Assembly (NCBI RefSeq): GCF_009914755.1
Contig: NC_060936.1
Direction: 5' to 3' (one strand)
Origin: the human T2T-CHM13v2.0 reference genome, Homo sapiens
DNA: 64,000 nt
Within the stretch, counting starts at the first letter, position 1; each line of letters begins with the position of its first letter. A program made the translations under genes and the position numbers. Of the stretch, positions 15,121 through 27,145 are shown in pieces. The notes beneath the pieces are model-generated. The model worked only from the letters and a program-made list of their open reading frames with translations, made no database searches and was not told where the DNA came from.

Positions 15121-16583
15121 GGTTAACGGCAAAGAAGTAATTGCCAAAGCAACCCATACCCATATTTCATCTCAAGGAATTGAGCAGCCAAAAAGGAACA
15201 CAGGCCATATATTCAAGTTTTCTCTGTGTGTGACTATGAAAAAAGACAATAGTCTAAGATATAAATGGACAAGGTAGTTCTGATTAGCTAAGGGTGTGTG
15301 GTATGAATGATAAGTCAACTGATACAGGTCTATATAGAAGAACAAAAGTCCAGAAAACCACAGACATCCCCCTAAGCAATTCTACCAGTGTATATTATAA
15401 GTTAGATCCTTGATGACTATTAAAAAATCCACATGTCTGCTATGTTTTGCAGTTAGCTAAACAGATAATGCTCTAAGAGCTTCTTCCTAACATTTAAGTG
15501 GCATCGATCCATACTTTCTCTACCACATTGTTTTCATAGCTAACTTCTATATGATTCTTCAACATTTTAGAGTAAAATACATACATGAAGAATGGGGATA
15601 CTTTTCCTTACAAATCAATTTATGATACATTCTCTTAAATAGCATATCATTGTTTTCTTAAAATGTATGACCCTCAATTTCTGAGAGAACAATGGACAAA
15701 ATAAAATAAATGGAATATAACACAACAATGACCTAAAGGACACAAAGGTGGAAAACGTTTCTGAGTATAAGGGACAGGACAGTTACCACATGTAGGCACC
15801 AAATTTTACTAAGTTTACTAACAGTTCAGGTGAAATAAAAAACAAATAAATGTTAAGTAAATAAATAAATAATACATTAAATAGGAAGCTGAGGTAAAAT
15901 AGGAAATTTTCTTCCAGGAAATACAAGTTGATCTGCAAAAAACTTTTTTCCTAAAACTAAATTCAAGTGAACACTGCAAGAATTATTAGTTTATAACAAG
16001 GAATAACGAGGTAATAAAAACTATGCATTAAAAATGTTATTTTAAATATGTGATTTATAAACTGCTGACATGAACACAACTTTTCAAAAACTATACATAT
16101 ATATATATATCTCACATAAAATAAGGTACAACCAAAAACAAGATATTTAATTAACCATTATTGAATATATCGAAAGATTCATTTGCGAATCTACTAATCA
16201 TATAAATACATTGAAATGAACAAATATAACTTTTACCCAAAATAAACTATGGCACTAGAAAGATCACTTCTTTATGAAAATCTATTAGTTACTTGATACC
16301 AATCTTCCAGACAAAAGCATTAATTTTAGGTAACAAGTTTGATGTCCTGAGAAAAATGTACTTCCAAATATAAAGAATTAATCTTCAAGTCATATTCACT
16401 AGAAGTACCATTATATTTTAAAATTGGTGATGACAAAATGAACAGTGATATAAAACCTTAGAGATAAGTGTACATCATTTTTCAAATATAACATACAATA
16501 TAAAAATTGATATTGTTACCAATAATAATAAAAAGCCAGGTAACTTGAACAGTGAAGATTCATGGAAAAAAAAAGTGCTTTAC

Positions 16584-16727
16584 TTGCTCATTAACTTTCT
16601 TCTCTTTCTCCAACTCCTTTTCCATGTCCTCCAATTCTCTATCTTTTTGTTCTAATTGTTTTTCAAGTTGGCAAATTTCATTACGTAAAAACCGAGTATC
16701 TCGTCCACCTGCAGACTGCTGAGCCAT
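16584..16727 (-). CDS. CEP290: CEP290 exon 6 (144 nt)
   Basis: AG/GT ends; MAQQSAGGRDTRFLRNEICQLEKQLEQKDRELEDMEKELEKEKKVNEQ. Confidence 0.96.
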
Positions 16728-17133
16728 CTTAAAGTAATAAACCCAAAGTATAAATTAATCCCATTATATTTTGAGGTTCAAATGAGTCAACAACAAGCAA
16801 ATAATTATGCTGAATTTAAATTTGCATTATACTTCAGTGCAGATATTTAAAATCATATTAGCTTAAGAACTTTTTTTTTTTTAATTTAACTTACTTAAGG
16901 TTAGTTCACAGCTAATAACTCCTTAAATTTTTCCTGAGCCACCCAGAGATGCAAAGAATTGACTGTTAATCATTCTGTTGTAACCACTGGGCCACAGGTA
17001 ACCAGACTAAACTGCAAAGGTTCCTGAGCCTCAGGGATCTGGAACCTGAGTACAAACCATCAGAATCTCCACCCCAGTCAGTGAAGCTGAGTGCCTTAAC
17101 CTGCCCTTTCTCTCATACCATGCACTGTTTAGA

Positions 17134-17344
17134 CCAGTGCTGTCCCATAGGACTTTCTAGCATAATGGACATGCTGTCAGTGCTGTCCAGTTCAATAGCC
17201 ACTCGCTACATGTAGCTATGTTCGGGCATTTGAAGTGTGGCTAGTGCAACTGAAGAACTAAATTTTTCATTTTAATTTTAACCAATGTAAATATAAATAG
17301 CTACAAGTGGTTAGTGCTAGTGCTACCATATTAAACAGCTCAGG
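17134..17344. mobile_element. hAT-Charlie MITE (MER3-like)
   Basis: cagtgctgtcc...atagccactcgctacatgtagcta...gtgtggctagtgcaactgaagaactaaattttt; terminal inverted-repeat-like ends. Confidence 0.75.
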
Positions 17345-19085
17345 TTTTGGTTATCTTAAGATTTGTAGCCGATTAAATCCATTTTACCTCACAGTCTTGT
17401 TAATTCAGGTCATGGCCAAGAACATCAAATCATTTGGTCATCTAATGTGTCTCACATTCATTTCTTCACCTTATAGTTCTGTTATTCCTCTACCTTAACC
17501 AAATTGTTCTTACTCTTTCTCTCCTCCAAAAAGCATTCCATTGTGCTCTCTAAAATTCTCTTCCAAGATAAATTAATATTTCACATCCTCAGATTCTTTA
17601 CTGAATCCTCCTTTCCATCTCCTTGGCTTAGCTGCAATTTGGATCCTTTAGTATACTAATGCCCTTGGAACTCTTTCAATTGGAAGGTGCTCATTCTTTC
17701 AGATTCCAAATACATGAGGGTCAGAAGAAGGTGTTGGTGCTTCTAGGTTTACCCCACCCTGCAACTTCAGGTGATCATTCCTATCATTCCTCCATCATCC
17801 TATAGAAACTTCAGCTGCTTTCTCACAAAATATCCTGCTCTCCATCTTTACCTACTCATGGTAGAAACAAGCCACCAACTTTCCAGTAACTCCGCAAAAT
17901 GCACTGGGAATTTAAGCATGTGGCCCACAGATGTCTATCAAATGCCCACTAAGCAATCTCCACATAACTTTTGTTCTAGTCTATTTTTTTCTTGAATTCA
18001 CTATAGTCTCTCACTCCCACACCCACATCAGATCCTTGTCCAACCAGAACATTCTTTCAATTATTCCCACTATGCCTGTCCTTCGACCTCACAGGACACT
18101 CTAACCCCTCATCTTCTCCCTCCATATCCCTACCCTTCTGCCCACCCAACCCCAATCTTGATTTTATCTATTCAGTTAAGACTTCATAATCATCACTTCA
18201 ACCACTTTCCTACCAATATCTTCAACTGTGCTACCCTTCTATTCTACAGCAGCTACCTAGCTAAACACTAACACAGAACTGATCCAACTCCATAATTCAT
18301 TTAGTATTTATTGAAAGTGCTTGGCATTTTCCCAGGAGCTGGATATACAATCAAAAACAATAGGTCATCCAAGTTCAGAGAGTTAACGAGTAGAAGAATC
18401 AGGACTAGAACTCAAATCTGTCTGACTCCAGATCCCCAACTCTCCAGTCCTGTCTCCAATATATTTCAAATTTTACCTAATTTCCTTAAAATGTGACCAC
18501 ACCATTTCCCACTCTTTTTAACAGAAGATGTCATCACCAACCCCTCAACTTCCAAGCATTATGCCTACAAACATAAAAGCTTCTATACACATCCACTCTT
18601 CCCACGCTCATCCACTCATCCTCCTCTCCTAACACAAAGGAAAAGGGTATTCCTCCTTTCAAAGGCTGATCCATTTGTATCACATTCCTACCTTCTCAGG
18701 AATCTCAATGTATTTTGTTCTTCAACAATACATTCATATTTTAGCCTTCAGCTTTGTCAAAAATTACTTCTATAACACCCTTTCGTCACTATTCCTCAAA
18801 TCCCCACCCACCCTCCACCTCAGTTACTAGTAATCTTTCTGTATATTTCCCAAGACTATAAGCTCCATCCAGCAGTTAACTTCTTATTTTGTTCACAACC
18901 ATATGCTCAGTCCTTAGTACTATATAAGGCACATAATAGGCATGTAGAACATATACAGAATAAACAAATAACCATGATTACAATCATCCTTATAATTTTT
19001 CCAGCCAACAATAATTTTAAAATTTGAAAACAATTCAAAATAAAATTAATGACAATTACATCCTAGGGAATACAAAAAGACATAC

Positions 19086-19132
19086 CTCCAGTTCATTTTC
19101 CAGTTTCATTACTTTAGTTTTTAATTGATTTT
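19086..19132 (-). CDS. CEP290: CEP290 exon 5 (47 nt)
   Basis: AG/GT ends; (E)NQLKTKVMKLENELE. Confidence 0.95.
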
Positions 19133-19435
19133 CTATTTTTTTAAAAAAAAAGAAAAACGTTTTAATTGATTAGTTACCACAAAACAAACTTTTAAATAAA
19201 TTTCAATAACAAAATTAATTCTTTTAAAAGAGTCCATCATGATTATAAGGTAACAAAAAGTATTATATGGCAGATCCATAAAATAGGAGTCTAGAAATAT
19301 TTATTATTAAATGTTATATATTAAAAATAAACTGAATATATATATTTTATAGAATATAATTTAATTTTCTACAGTTTAATGAACAAATGGAATTCATTAT
19401 TTAATACCATAATAAACTTTTTCCAAGGTGCTTAC

Positions 19436-19505
19436 CAAATTTTGCTTGTTCTTCTCCAGCTTTTTCTACTTCTTCCAAAGCCAGCTCCACTTCTTGAGCT
19501 TTCAT
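19436..19505 (-). CDS. CEP290: CEP290 exon 4 (70 nt)
   Basis: AG/GT ends; MKAQEVELALEEVEKAGEEQAKF. Confidence 0.95.
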
Positions 19506-19654
19506 CTAAACATTAAAAAAAGGTTATTTCAATATGCCTTTATACTGGAATGTAAGCACTGAAAATAAAAATTCTGTTTTATTTGTTATGATCCTTAGTG
19601 CCAGCAATGGCTGGCACATGGAGACGTTCAGTAAATATTTGCTGAATAAATAGT

Positions 19655-19995
19655 TTTTGGTTTTTGTTTTTGTTTTTTTTGCTTTTGAGATAGGGCCTCA
19701 CTTTGTCACCCAGGCTGGAGTGCAGTGGCACAATCTCAGCTCACTGCAACCTCCTGCCTCCTGGGCTCAAGCAATCTTCCCATCTCAGTCTCCTGAGTAG
19801 CTGGGACTACAGGTGCATGCCATCATGCTTGGCGTGCCATCATGCTTGGTGTGCCATCATGCTCGGCAAATTTTTTCGTACAGGCAAGGACTCACTATAT
19901 TATCCAGGCTAGTCTTGAACTCCCAGGCTCAAGCAATCCTCCTGCCTTGGCCTCCCAAAGTGCTGGGATTACAGACGTGAGCCACCATGCCAGGC
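19655..19995 (-). mobile_element. AluJ with an internal 17-bp triplication
   Basis: Reverse Alu; tgccatcatgctyggyg x3 at 19818-19867. Confidence 0.93.
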
Positions 19996-20896
19996 AATTT
20001 TCTTACTTAAGACTACAATTTCTAGATTTTTAATAGCATGAAACATTTTTGATTCTCCTTTTTACCTCAAGTCCTCAAGTCTTATATCCAGTAATGCAAC
20101 ATCTCCCTTTGTAATGTCTTTCCACTACTTTTTTTCTGTTCCAATTGCTATTATTCTAATCCATAATTTCAGGTTTAAACTCCGCTATAATGTGATGTCT
20201 ACAAAGCTCCAATTTCCTTCAGTTTGTCCTACATAATATACTCAGTTTTGCCTTCTTAAGGTGTATTTTTGTACCTATCAATTGTGTTTCGAAAACCTTT
20301 ACTGCCTTCTCAATTGCTGATAGCATAAAATACACCTTTAAGGCCCTCAACAACCTATCTCAAAGTACTTACCCAAGATTTGTTTTCTCTACAGTCTGCT
20401 ACAAACTTGCTGCACCTTGTTTCCTCAAATATAAAGAATAAACATATTTCCTGTTCTCAGTATTTATTTATGGTAACCAACAGCTCTAGAATTCCCTTAC
20501 TATCTTACCACTGCATTGCCTTCCACTTATCTAACACTACTCCTCAGTATTGATCCTTTGTGAAGTCTTCTGACATCTCTTAAATCATTTCCCCTCTTAA
20601 CAAATCCCTATAGCAGTCATTGTCTGCATTTGTCATTTGGACCTCAAGATATATTTCCTTATGTTACTTTTCAACATACTCATTCTATTTCCCCTACACA
20701 CCCTTTTAGAAACTTTAAGTAGAAACTAGCAATGTTTTATACACTAAAATACTTAATTCACATTTAAATATATTGCATTTTTTAGTGGTGATGTAGATAT
20801 TACCAGGTATTTTCACAAAGATTACCTTATATAAGAACAGATTTTTATAGTTCCACTAATAGCCAAACCTATAGTTAAAACCTACTACATACAAAC

Positions 20897-20974
20897 CTTC
20901 ATTAGTGACTGAGTAATTCTGAAAAGGTGTATCACATTTTCTTGCTTTTCACTTTTTAGCTCATTTACTTCCAC
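20897..20974 (-). CDS. CEP290: CEP290 exon 3 (78 nt)
   Basis: AG/GT ends; VEVNELKSEKQENVIHLFRITQSLMK. Confidence 0.96.
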
Positions 20975-21146
20975 CTAAGTAAACAGAAAAGCAACTGTTT
21001 TATATTTTATAACCTTCAAGCAAAATATAAGAACACTTCCAGATTGTGACAATTATAGTTGTCCCTGAAAAAAATAAATTCATATTTTATTAATAAATTA
21101 ATCATAAGTTAATGTATATATCTATTATTATTGACCAATTAAGCAC

Positions 21147-21248
21147 CTTGGATAAGGAAATCAATAAATTATCTGCCAGTTCTTCTTGACGGGGCAGGTC
21201 ATCTGGGTCAACTTTCATTATTTCTTTCCAGTTTATATTAGGTGGCAT
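21147..21248 (-). CDS. CEP290: CEP290 exon 2 coding part (ATG at 21248; exon begins at 21275 with 27 nt of UTR); centrosomal/transition-zone coiled-coil protein
   Basis: MPPNINWKEIMKVDPDDLPRQEELADNLLISLSK is the recognised CEP290 N-terminus; donor gtgctt. Confidence 0.97.
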
Positions 21249-21841
21249 CTTGAATTCTTTCACTGTGCTCCACCTCTGTAACAAAACAGGTGTATATTAG
21301 CATTTTCAAGGTACACAGTATTATTGGTTTTCTAGCACCTTACATTTTTTGCAGATTATTTCATTATAACTTTCTGATGTTAGCAAAACAGACAATTGGG
21401 CCACAAAATAGACAAGTGGGCAAAATAGCCTTGATCAAAAATAGCAGTCGGCACAAACTGTCAAGAGTGTCCCGGCTAAATAAAATGTGACGGCTTCCTT
21501 GCTAACACTAATCTAAGTTAATACTTAAGATTTCTGGATCCCTTCCTCCACACCCCTACCCACAATGCGCGCGAACACCCTAATCCTGGCAAGCGCGAGG
21601 GTCTGTGGAAGGCCGACAATCATCCCTGATTTGGAGAAACAGAATTGGGGCTGAAAAAAAACGCAGAAATTAACATTTGGAATGAGTGAAGTTGTGCGGC
21701 GGAAACTGGAACCGAAGCAAGGCAGTATTAGGGACCCGAGACTGGAAGGGCGGGGTAGCTATGCTGTGGCACACGGGCCCTCAGGCTAAAGAACCTGAGC
21801 GTGGAGTGACTCGCTAATCCTGCTTACAAGGATCCACCCAC

Positions 21842-22158
21842 CTAGACCAAGCCTGGCAACCAGCGGAGGCCTCTCACTACCGCAACCACCAAGCTGGACC
21901 CGGCCGCGGGCCCTGACAGATCCCTATCGCGGTTCCACGCGGACTCTGGGTCCAGCCAAATGGTCCCGAGCAAGCCAAAGCGGCAGCGGCTGCTAGGCGA
22001 CACCATCCCCAACTCCGCCAAGGCCAGAATAAGATCCCGGATGCCAGGAGAGCCTACAGTTCACGACCGTGGGTGATGCTTTACGTTTAGATTCTCCGCC
22101 GGAGTCCCAGAGCTCGGTGTTCAGGATGATGAGAAGGCGTGGAACGAGGACTTCAAAT
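21842..22158 (-). other. CEP290: CEP290 exon 1 (5' UTR); 5' boundary approximate
   Basis: Donor TAG|gtgggt at 21842/21841; CpG-rich; matches my recollection of the mRNA leader. The TSS cannot be fixed from sequence alone. Confidence 0.8.
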
Positions 22159-22249
22159 CCCAGAGTGCAGTTCTGCCTGAGGCTTCTGCATGCTGGGAAC
22201 TGAAGTCCCTGAGAAGAGGAGGTAAGGCGCTCCCGGCATGCAACGCGTA

Positions 22250-22429
22250 AGACTGCGACGGTACCGGGGCGGCGGGGAAGGACCGAGAGGCGGGAGGAGC
22301 AGCGGCTCAGGCGCCTGCAAACTGGTGGCCTGAACGAGGTAGACCATGACTGTGGTTTCAGTGGCGTCACTCGCTGGGCTGCTCTTCCTGAGGTTTTCCT
22401 AAGCCATCCCCTGGCGGAACCGCCCCCAG
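22250..22429 (+). other. TMTC3: TMTC3 exon 1 (5' UTR); 5' boundary approximate
   Basis: Strong donor CAG|gtgagg at 22429/22430 within the CpG island, upstream of the ATG-bearing exon. Confidence 0.8.
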
Positions 22430-23664
22430 GTGAGGTCGAGCTGTCGGTCAGCATATTGGGAGGAATTGAGGGGAGCAGTCCTGGGTTAGAGAAGCTTCTG
22501 CTATTGGGGCCGTAGGGCCTGGTCCCATTCTGAAAAAGTGGGAACACCCTGCCTTCTCTTCAGGCGTTTGCAAGCGGCGTCCAGGGTAGTGCCTTCTGTA
22601 AGAAGGAAAAAACAAAAAGTTTTAGCCTTGTTTAGTATCAGAATCTGTCTTGATAGTTAGAGTGAGAGCCGCGCAGCCGTGATCCTCGTTTGGGGGCGAG
22701 CGAAGAATTGACAAGAGGTCTCGGCATCCCGACCCCGCCCGCCTTACCTGTAGCACCATTCCTTTCGCGGATCGTGGGGCTTGATGGTTGTGGAGCTAGT
22801 ATAAAGTCAAGGCTCTAGAGAGGAGAGGTTAGTACTTGTCCGGACCACTGCCGGGGGTGGAGAGAGAAGGGATCCAAGGACTCACCTGTACTATTGTTGC
22901 CACTTGCTTGGTTACCTAGGGTGCCCTTCCATGAAAGCGCCTTCTCTGGTGTTTACCACTCTTACTCGTGCAAGTTTTGCTCATCCTGCTCGTCTGCTCA
23001 CAATCATGCTGGAGTATGATACATCTCTACCTAACTTTCCTAAGAAGCTGTAGACTTAAATCTAAATGACATTTCCAACTATCTGGACCAGTGCTTTGTC
23101 TTTTTTTTTTTTTAAACGCTGCTTTAAAAAAAAAATTACTGTACTTGACAGTAAATTTTCCTTTCGAAAATAAGTAATGAGTTTCTTTTTAAACCCCCAA
23201 TTTGGGTAAAATAAGTAGCTCAGTACAAAATAAAAAGATACTGATTTTGTGAGATGAATTTTAAAGACATTAGTTAGATTTATAGGAATGACAATTTTAC
23301 TACTTTTCTGAAAGATTATATGCCAAATACTATTCATTATCTTGTTTATTCTTCCTTACAATCCAGTGAAATAGGTGCTTACATTGTCCTCATTTTCCAT
23401 CTGAGTTAAGAAACTGAGGCTTGGAGAAGCTAAGTAACTTAAATAGTGTGATTGAACACAGATCTCTCTGGCTGGAGGACATATTCTTAACTTCTATACA
23501 CCTCCTCAGACATTCTGGGAAACCAATATTTGTGAAGTGCTTGTTCCTCAATCTTGCTATTTTTATTAAATGTTATATTTTAATTTTGTAAGTGTTTACT
23601 CAATAATTTGAATTAAACATTCTTCATGTTCAGTGTTCTTAATTCATAATTTAACATGGGATGG

Positions 23665-24235
23665 TGTTTCTGGAAAGGTGTTCTGATCTGGACCCCAGGA
23701 GAGGGCTCCTGGATCTCGCCAAGAAAGAATTGGAGGTGCATACACCCCCATTGGAGGTGGTAGACTAAGGATTGTTATAGTTATTTCTTGATTATATGCT
23801 AAACAAGGGGTGGGTTATTCATGAGTTTTCTGGGAAGAGGGTAGGCCATTCCTAGATCTGAGTGTTCCTCCCCTTTTTAGACTATATAGAGTAACTTCTT
23901 CACATTGCCATGGCATCTGTAAACTGTCATAGCACTGGTGGGAGTGTCTTTTAGGATGCTAATGCATTATAATTAGTGTATAATGAGCAGTGAGAACGAG
24001 CAGACGTCCCACCTTTCTCGCCATCTTGGATTTGGTGGGATTTGGCTGGCTTCTTTACTGCATGCTGTTTTATCAGCAAAGTCTTTATGATCAGTATCTT
24101 GTGCCCACCTCCTATCTCATCCTGTGACTTAGAATGACTGACAGACATCCTGAGAATGCAGCCCAGTAGGTCTCACCCTTATTTTACCCAGCCCCTATTC
24201 AAGATGGAGTTGTTGTGATTCAAATACCTCTGACA
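23665..24235 (-). mobile_element. ERV1 solo LTR, MER41 (B-like)
   Basis: TG...CA ends with 4-bp TSD ATGG (23661-64, 24236-39); minus strand begins tgtcagaggtatttgaatcacaacaactccatcttgaataggggctgggtaaaat, the recalled MER41 5' end. Confidence 0.9.
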
Positions 24236-25399
24236 ATGGTAGGAATGAAATTTAATAGTTACTGAGCACATGTTATGTCATACACTATGCTGACTACTGC
24301 GTGTTTGTTTTCATAATAGAAGTCTGTTTTCTCTAACACCTTTTCTTCTGTTTTTTTTTTCATTCGTTATAACTTATTTTTATGTATTCACTTACAAGTT
24401 TCGTTTGTCTGTATTACTCTTTTCTACCCTTCTGCCACCACCCTCTTGCTCACATTCATAAACTCAAGGTGCCTGGTCTCTAATGGTAAATTTTATTCTA
24501 ATTTTTCAGAAGTGAGAACAAGTTCATAGAAGTTAAGTAATAATTGATGAAGCTAAGATTGTAACCTAGATCTCAGTGACAATTGTAACTAAAAGCAAAA
24601 TCTTACCTAAATTTTATTCTTTAACTCATTCTAACAGTATTTTTTATCCTGTTTCCTGTGCTAGGCACTGGGGATACAGCAGTGAACAAGTCAGCTCTGG
24701 CTTGAACAAGTCAACTAAGTTTTTATGCATTGTCGTCTGTACCTAAGTGTGAGTCAGGAAATTTAACTCAGGTTCTAGTTCAATAACTCACTGTATATTC
24801 TTGAGGAAAATTGGCAAAACTATTATTTTTCGTCAGATTTTCTGCACCTGTCAGTTTTCATCAAGAAATGGGACTTATGTGACAATGTTGTAAGTGGCCT
24901 TGTTATAAGAACACTTGTCTGGACCTGCCTTCTTTCTGCCCTAGGCTTTTGTGAACAGTTTTATCTGACCAAAATCACTTCACAAGAAGGCCTCACCTTT
25001 TATTATTGCTTACCTTTGTTCTCTGTAGCAATGAATTTATATTCCTTGGATGTTACTTCTAGTTCCTTTTTGCTGACTTACCAAGAAAAGTCATAGTAGC
25101 TTACTTCTCCGATCTCTAAAACAAAGCATGGCCATTTTGTATCCATTGTGTGTCCTAAACATTTTGTTTTGCCTTATCTTCATGGCAAATTAAGCCATGG
25201 TTAATGGCTTAATTCACACTGACTCCCTACTGATCTTTCCAGTTTCCTCATGTTGAAGGAAGACAAGTATCTGCTTGCTGCACACTCATTCTTGTCCATG
25301 AAATTAAGGCAAAACAATTTGCCTTAATACAATTTACAGTTTTATTGAAGGGATTGTATTTAGTTTTGTATATCTATAATGTAGCTCATGAGAAGTCTT

Positions 25400-25851
25400 T
25401 GTGAACCAAAAAGTGTCTAAGACGGGTCTCAATCAATTTAGAAGTTTATTTTGCCAAGGTTAGGGACATGCCGAAAAGAAATAAACACTGAATCACAGAA
25501 ACAGTCTGTAGTCTCTTCCTTTCTCTAAGATGATTTTGAGGGCTTCAGTATTTAAAGGGGAAAAATCCATTGGAAGAGAAAAAGGGTAGATATGGTAATC
25601 TACGTGTTGCAAGAGAAAAAGAGCAGAGAGGGAAATAGATATTATGTATTCACGTGGGGTGGTAAATCAGCACTTTACGTGAGATAAGATGAATGTCCTA
25701 AAGTAGCTACCTGTGGAGATATTTAACATTTGATGTGTAGCTGTCTGCTAAGAACAAAAGGAGAGCAGTTTCTTGCATGACTCAGCTTTCACCCTAATTT
25801 TTTCTTATAGACATAATGAATTGAGATCCCAAGTTTTATTTTCCTTTCACA
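25400..25851 (-). mobile_element. ERV1 solo LTR, MER4 family
   Basis: Minus strand begins tgtgaaaggaaaataaaacttggga; TG...CA ends. Confidence 0.85.
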
Positions 25852-26004
25852 TTTCCAATTGCACTTGGATTTTGTGCACATATATAGTAACACCCCATTT
25901 TTGTAAGCAAACAGAAATCAGTCATCCCATCCACTTAAACTGCATCTGTAAGTCTGCTTCTGTGCCTAGGAAAAATTAGAAGTTCTCACAACTAACAAGA
26001 ATAG

Positions 26005-26520
26005 TGTGTTACATGTTTGCAATAATGGCCCCCAGTGAGTCAGGTCCCCGTCTGCCTATGCCTTTGTGTAAATCTGTCCCTTCCCTGCAACCTCTACTTT
26101 GCAGGTGGCTCTTGGAAGTAACCTAAGATGACTCCACAACTGAGCTCGTAACATGCTCTCTCTCCCTTTCTCTCATACTATGCTCCCTTGGGGAATCTTA
26201 AAAATTCTGTTATCTTGGCCCTTTTATAACTTCTTCCCCATTGATTCAGGATGTACCTTGCTTGAATAATAATTTTTAAAATACGCACTAAATAGAGCCT
26301 TATAAAGAGCTTGTGCATTGAACCTTGCCCTCCTGTTGTCCTGAGATCATCATTTAAGAAGCCCAAGATAACCTATTAGAGGATGTGTTAATAAGTAGCA
26401 GAGACTAGTTTTCAAAGCTGAGAAATCTACCCTTTAAAAGCCATCCAGCCCTAATCAAGCCACTGGATAACTATAAGCACATGAGTGACCCCAGGCACAA
26501 CTAACAGAAGAACCATATAC
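26005..26520 (+). mobile_element. Old MaLR LTR (MLT1-like)
   Basis: tgtgttacatgtttgcaataatggcccccagtgagtca start; later ccatccagccctaatcaagc...gagtgaccccagg. Confidence 0.5.
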
Positions 26521-26533
26521 ATACCTATATATT

Positions 26534-26534
<1 letters not shown>

Positions 26535-26569
<35 letters not shown>

Positions 26570-26590
26570 CATATATATGTATATATATGT
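26535..26590. repeat. Compound (TG)n(TA)n microsatellite
   Basis: Read directly from sequence. Confidence 0.9.
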
Positions 26591-26850
26591 AAAATAAAGA
26601 TATATTGAAGAATTGAATTATTTTGAATGTATTCATTTTTAAGTACTTCAGATGCCTAACTTAACAAAGAAAACTTTCTCAGTACTTAAATAACTGATTA
26701 AATTTAGGAAATAAAACTTAAAACTATAGCAAATCCCAAGTTCTTATAAAAATTCCAATACTATTTGTGTATTTAGCTAATTATTATACTTTTCAACTAT
26801 AGTTGTGAATCCAGAAACTACATAGTCAGTAGTTTAATATGTTTATTATG

Positions 26851-27145
26851 TTTAATATGTTTATTATACGTATTATTGTATATTTTAAAATTATAGTTAT
26901 GCAGCTAATATATCAAAGTCTCCAGGATGTCAGATTCTCTTAAAGGTTGCAGTTACTCTAAAAAATCAGATGCATAATTTAATATTGTTTATTATGCATA
27001 TTATTGTATATTTTTATATATTTTTAAATTATTTAATTTATTTTAAATTATTTAATTTAACAATAATTTAACAGCTAATGTATCAAGTCTCCAGGATGTT
27101 AGATTCTCTTAAACATTGCAAGTACTCTAAAAATTAGATACATAA
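26851..27145. repeat. Diverged tandem duplication (copies of about 127 and 168 bp)
   Basis: cagctaat.tatcaa(a)gtctccaggatgt.agattctcttaaa..ttgca..tactctaaaaa.t.agat.cataa occurs twice. Confidence 0.9.

Larger units (their letters stand above)
21560..22900. promoter_or_regulatory. CpG island, bidirectional CEP290/TMTC3 promoter
   Basis: Sharp rise in GC and CpG in an otherwise AT-rich window; divergent first exons about 100-250 bp apart; GC boxes near 21748 and 22734; CRE-like TGGCGTCA near 22362; no obvious TATA box. Confidence 0.9.

Noticed and set aside
21993-22547. 184-aa minus-strand ORF across the promoter, plus nested 64-aa ORF 22153..22347
   Set aside because: Non-ATG start for the long ORF, low-complexity R/S/P/G composition expected from stop-poor CpG-island DNA, begins upstream of the CEP290 first exon, no recognisable domain
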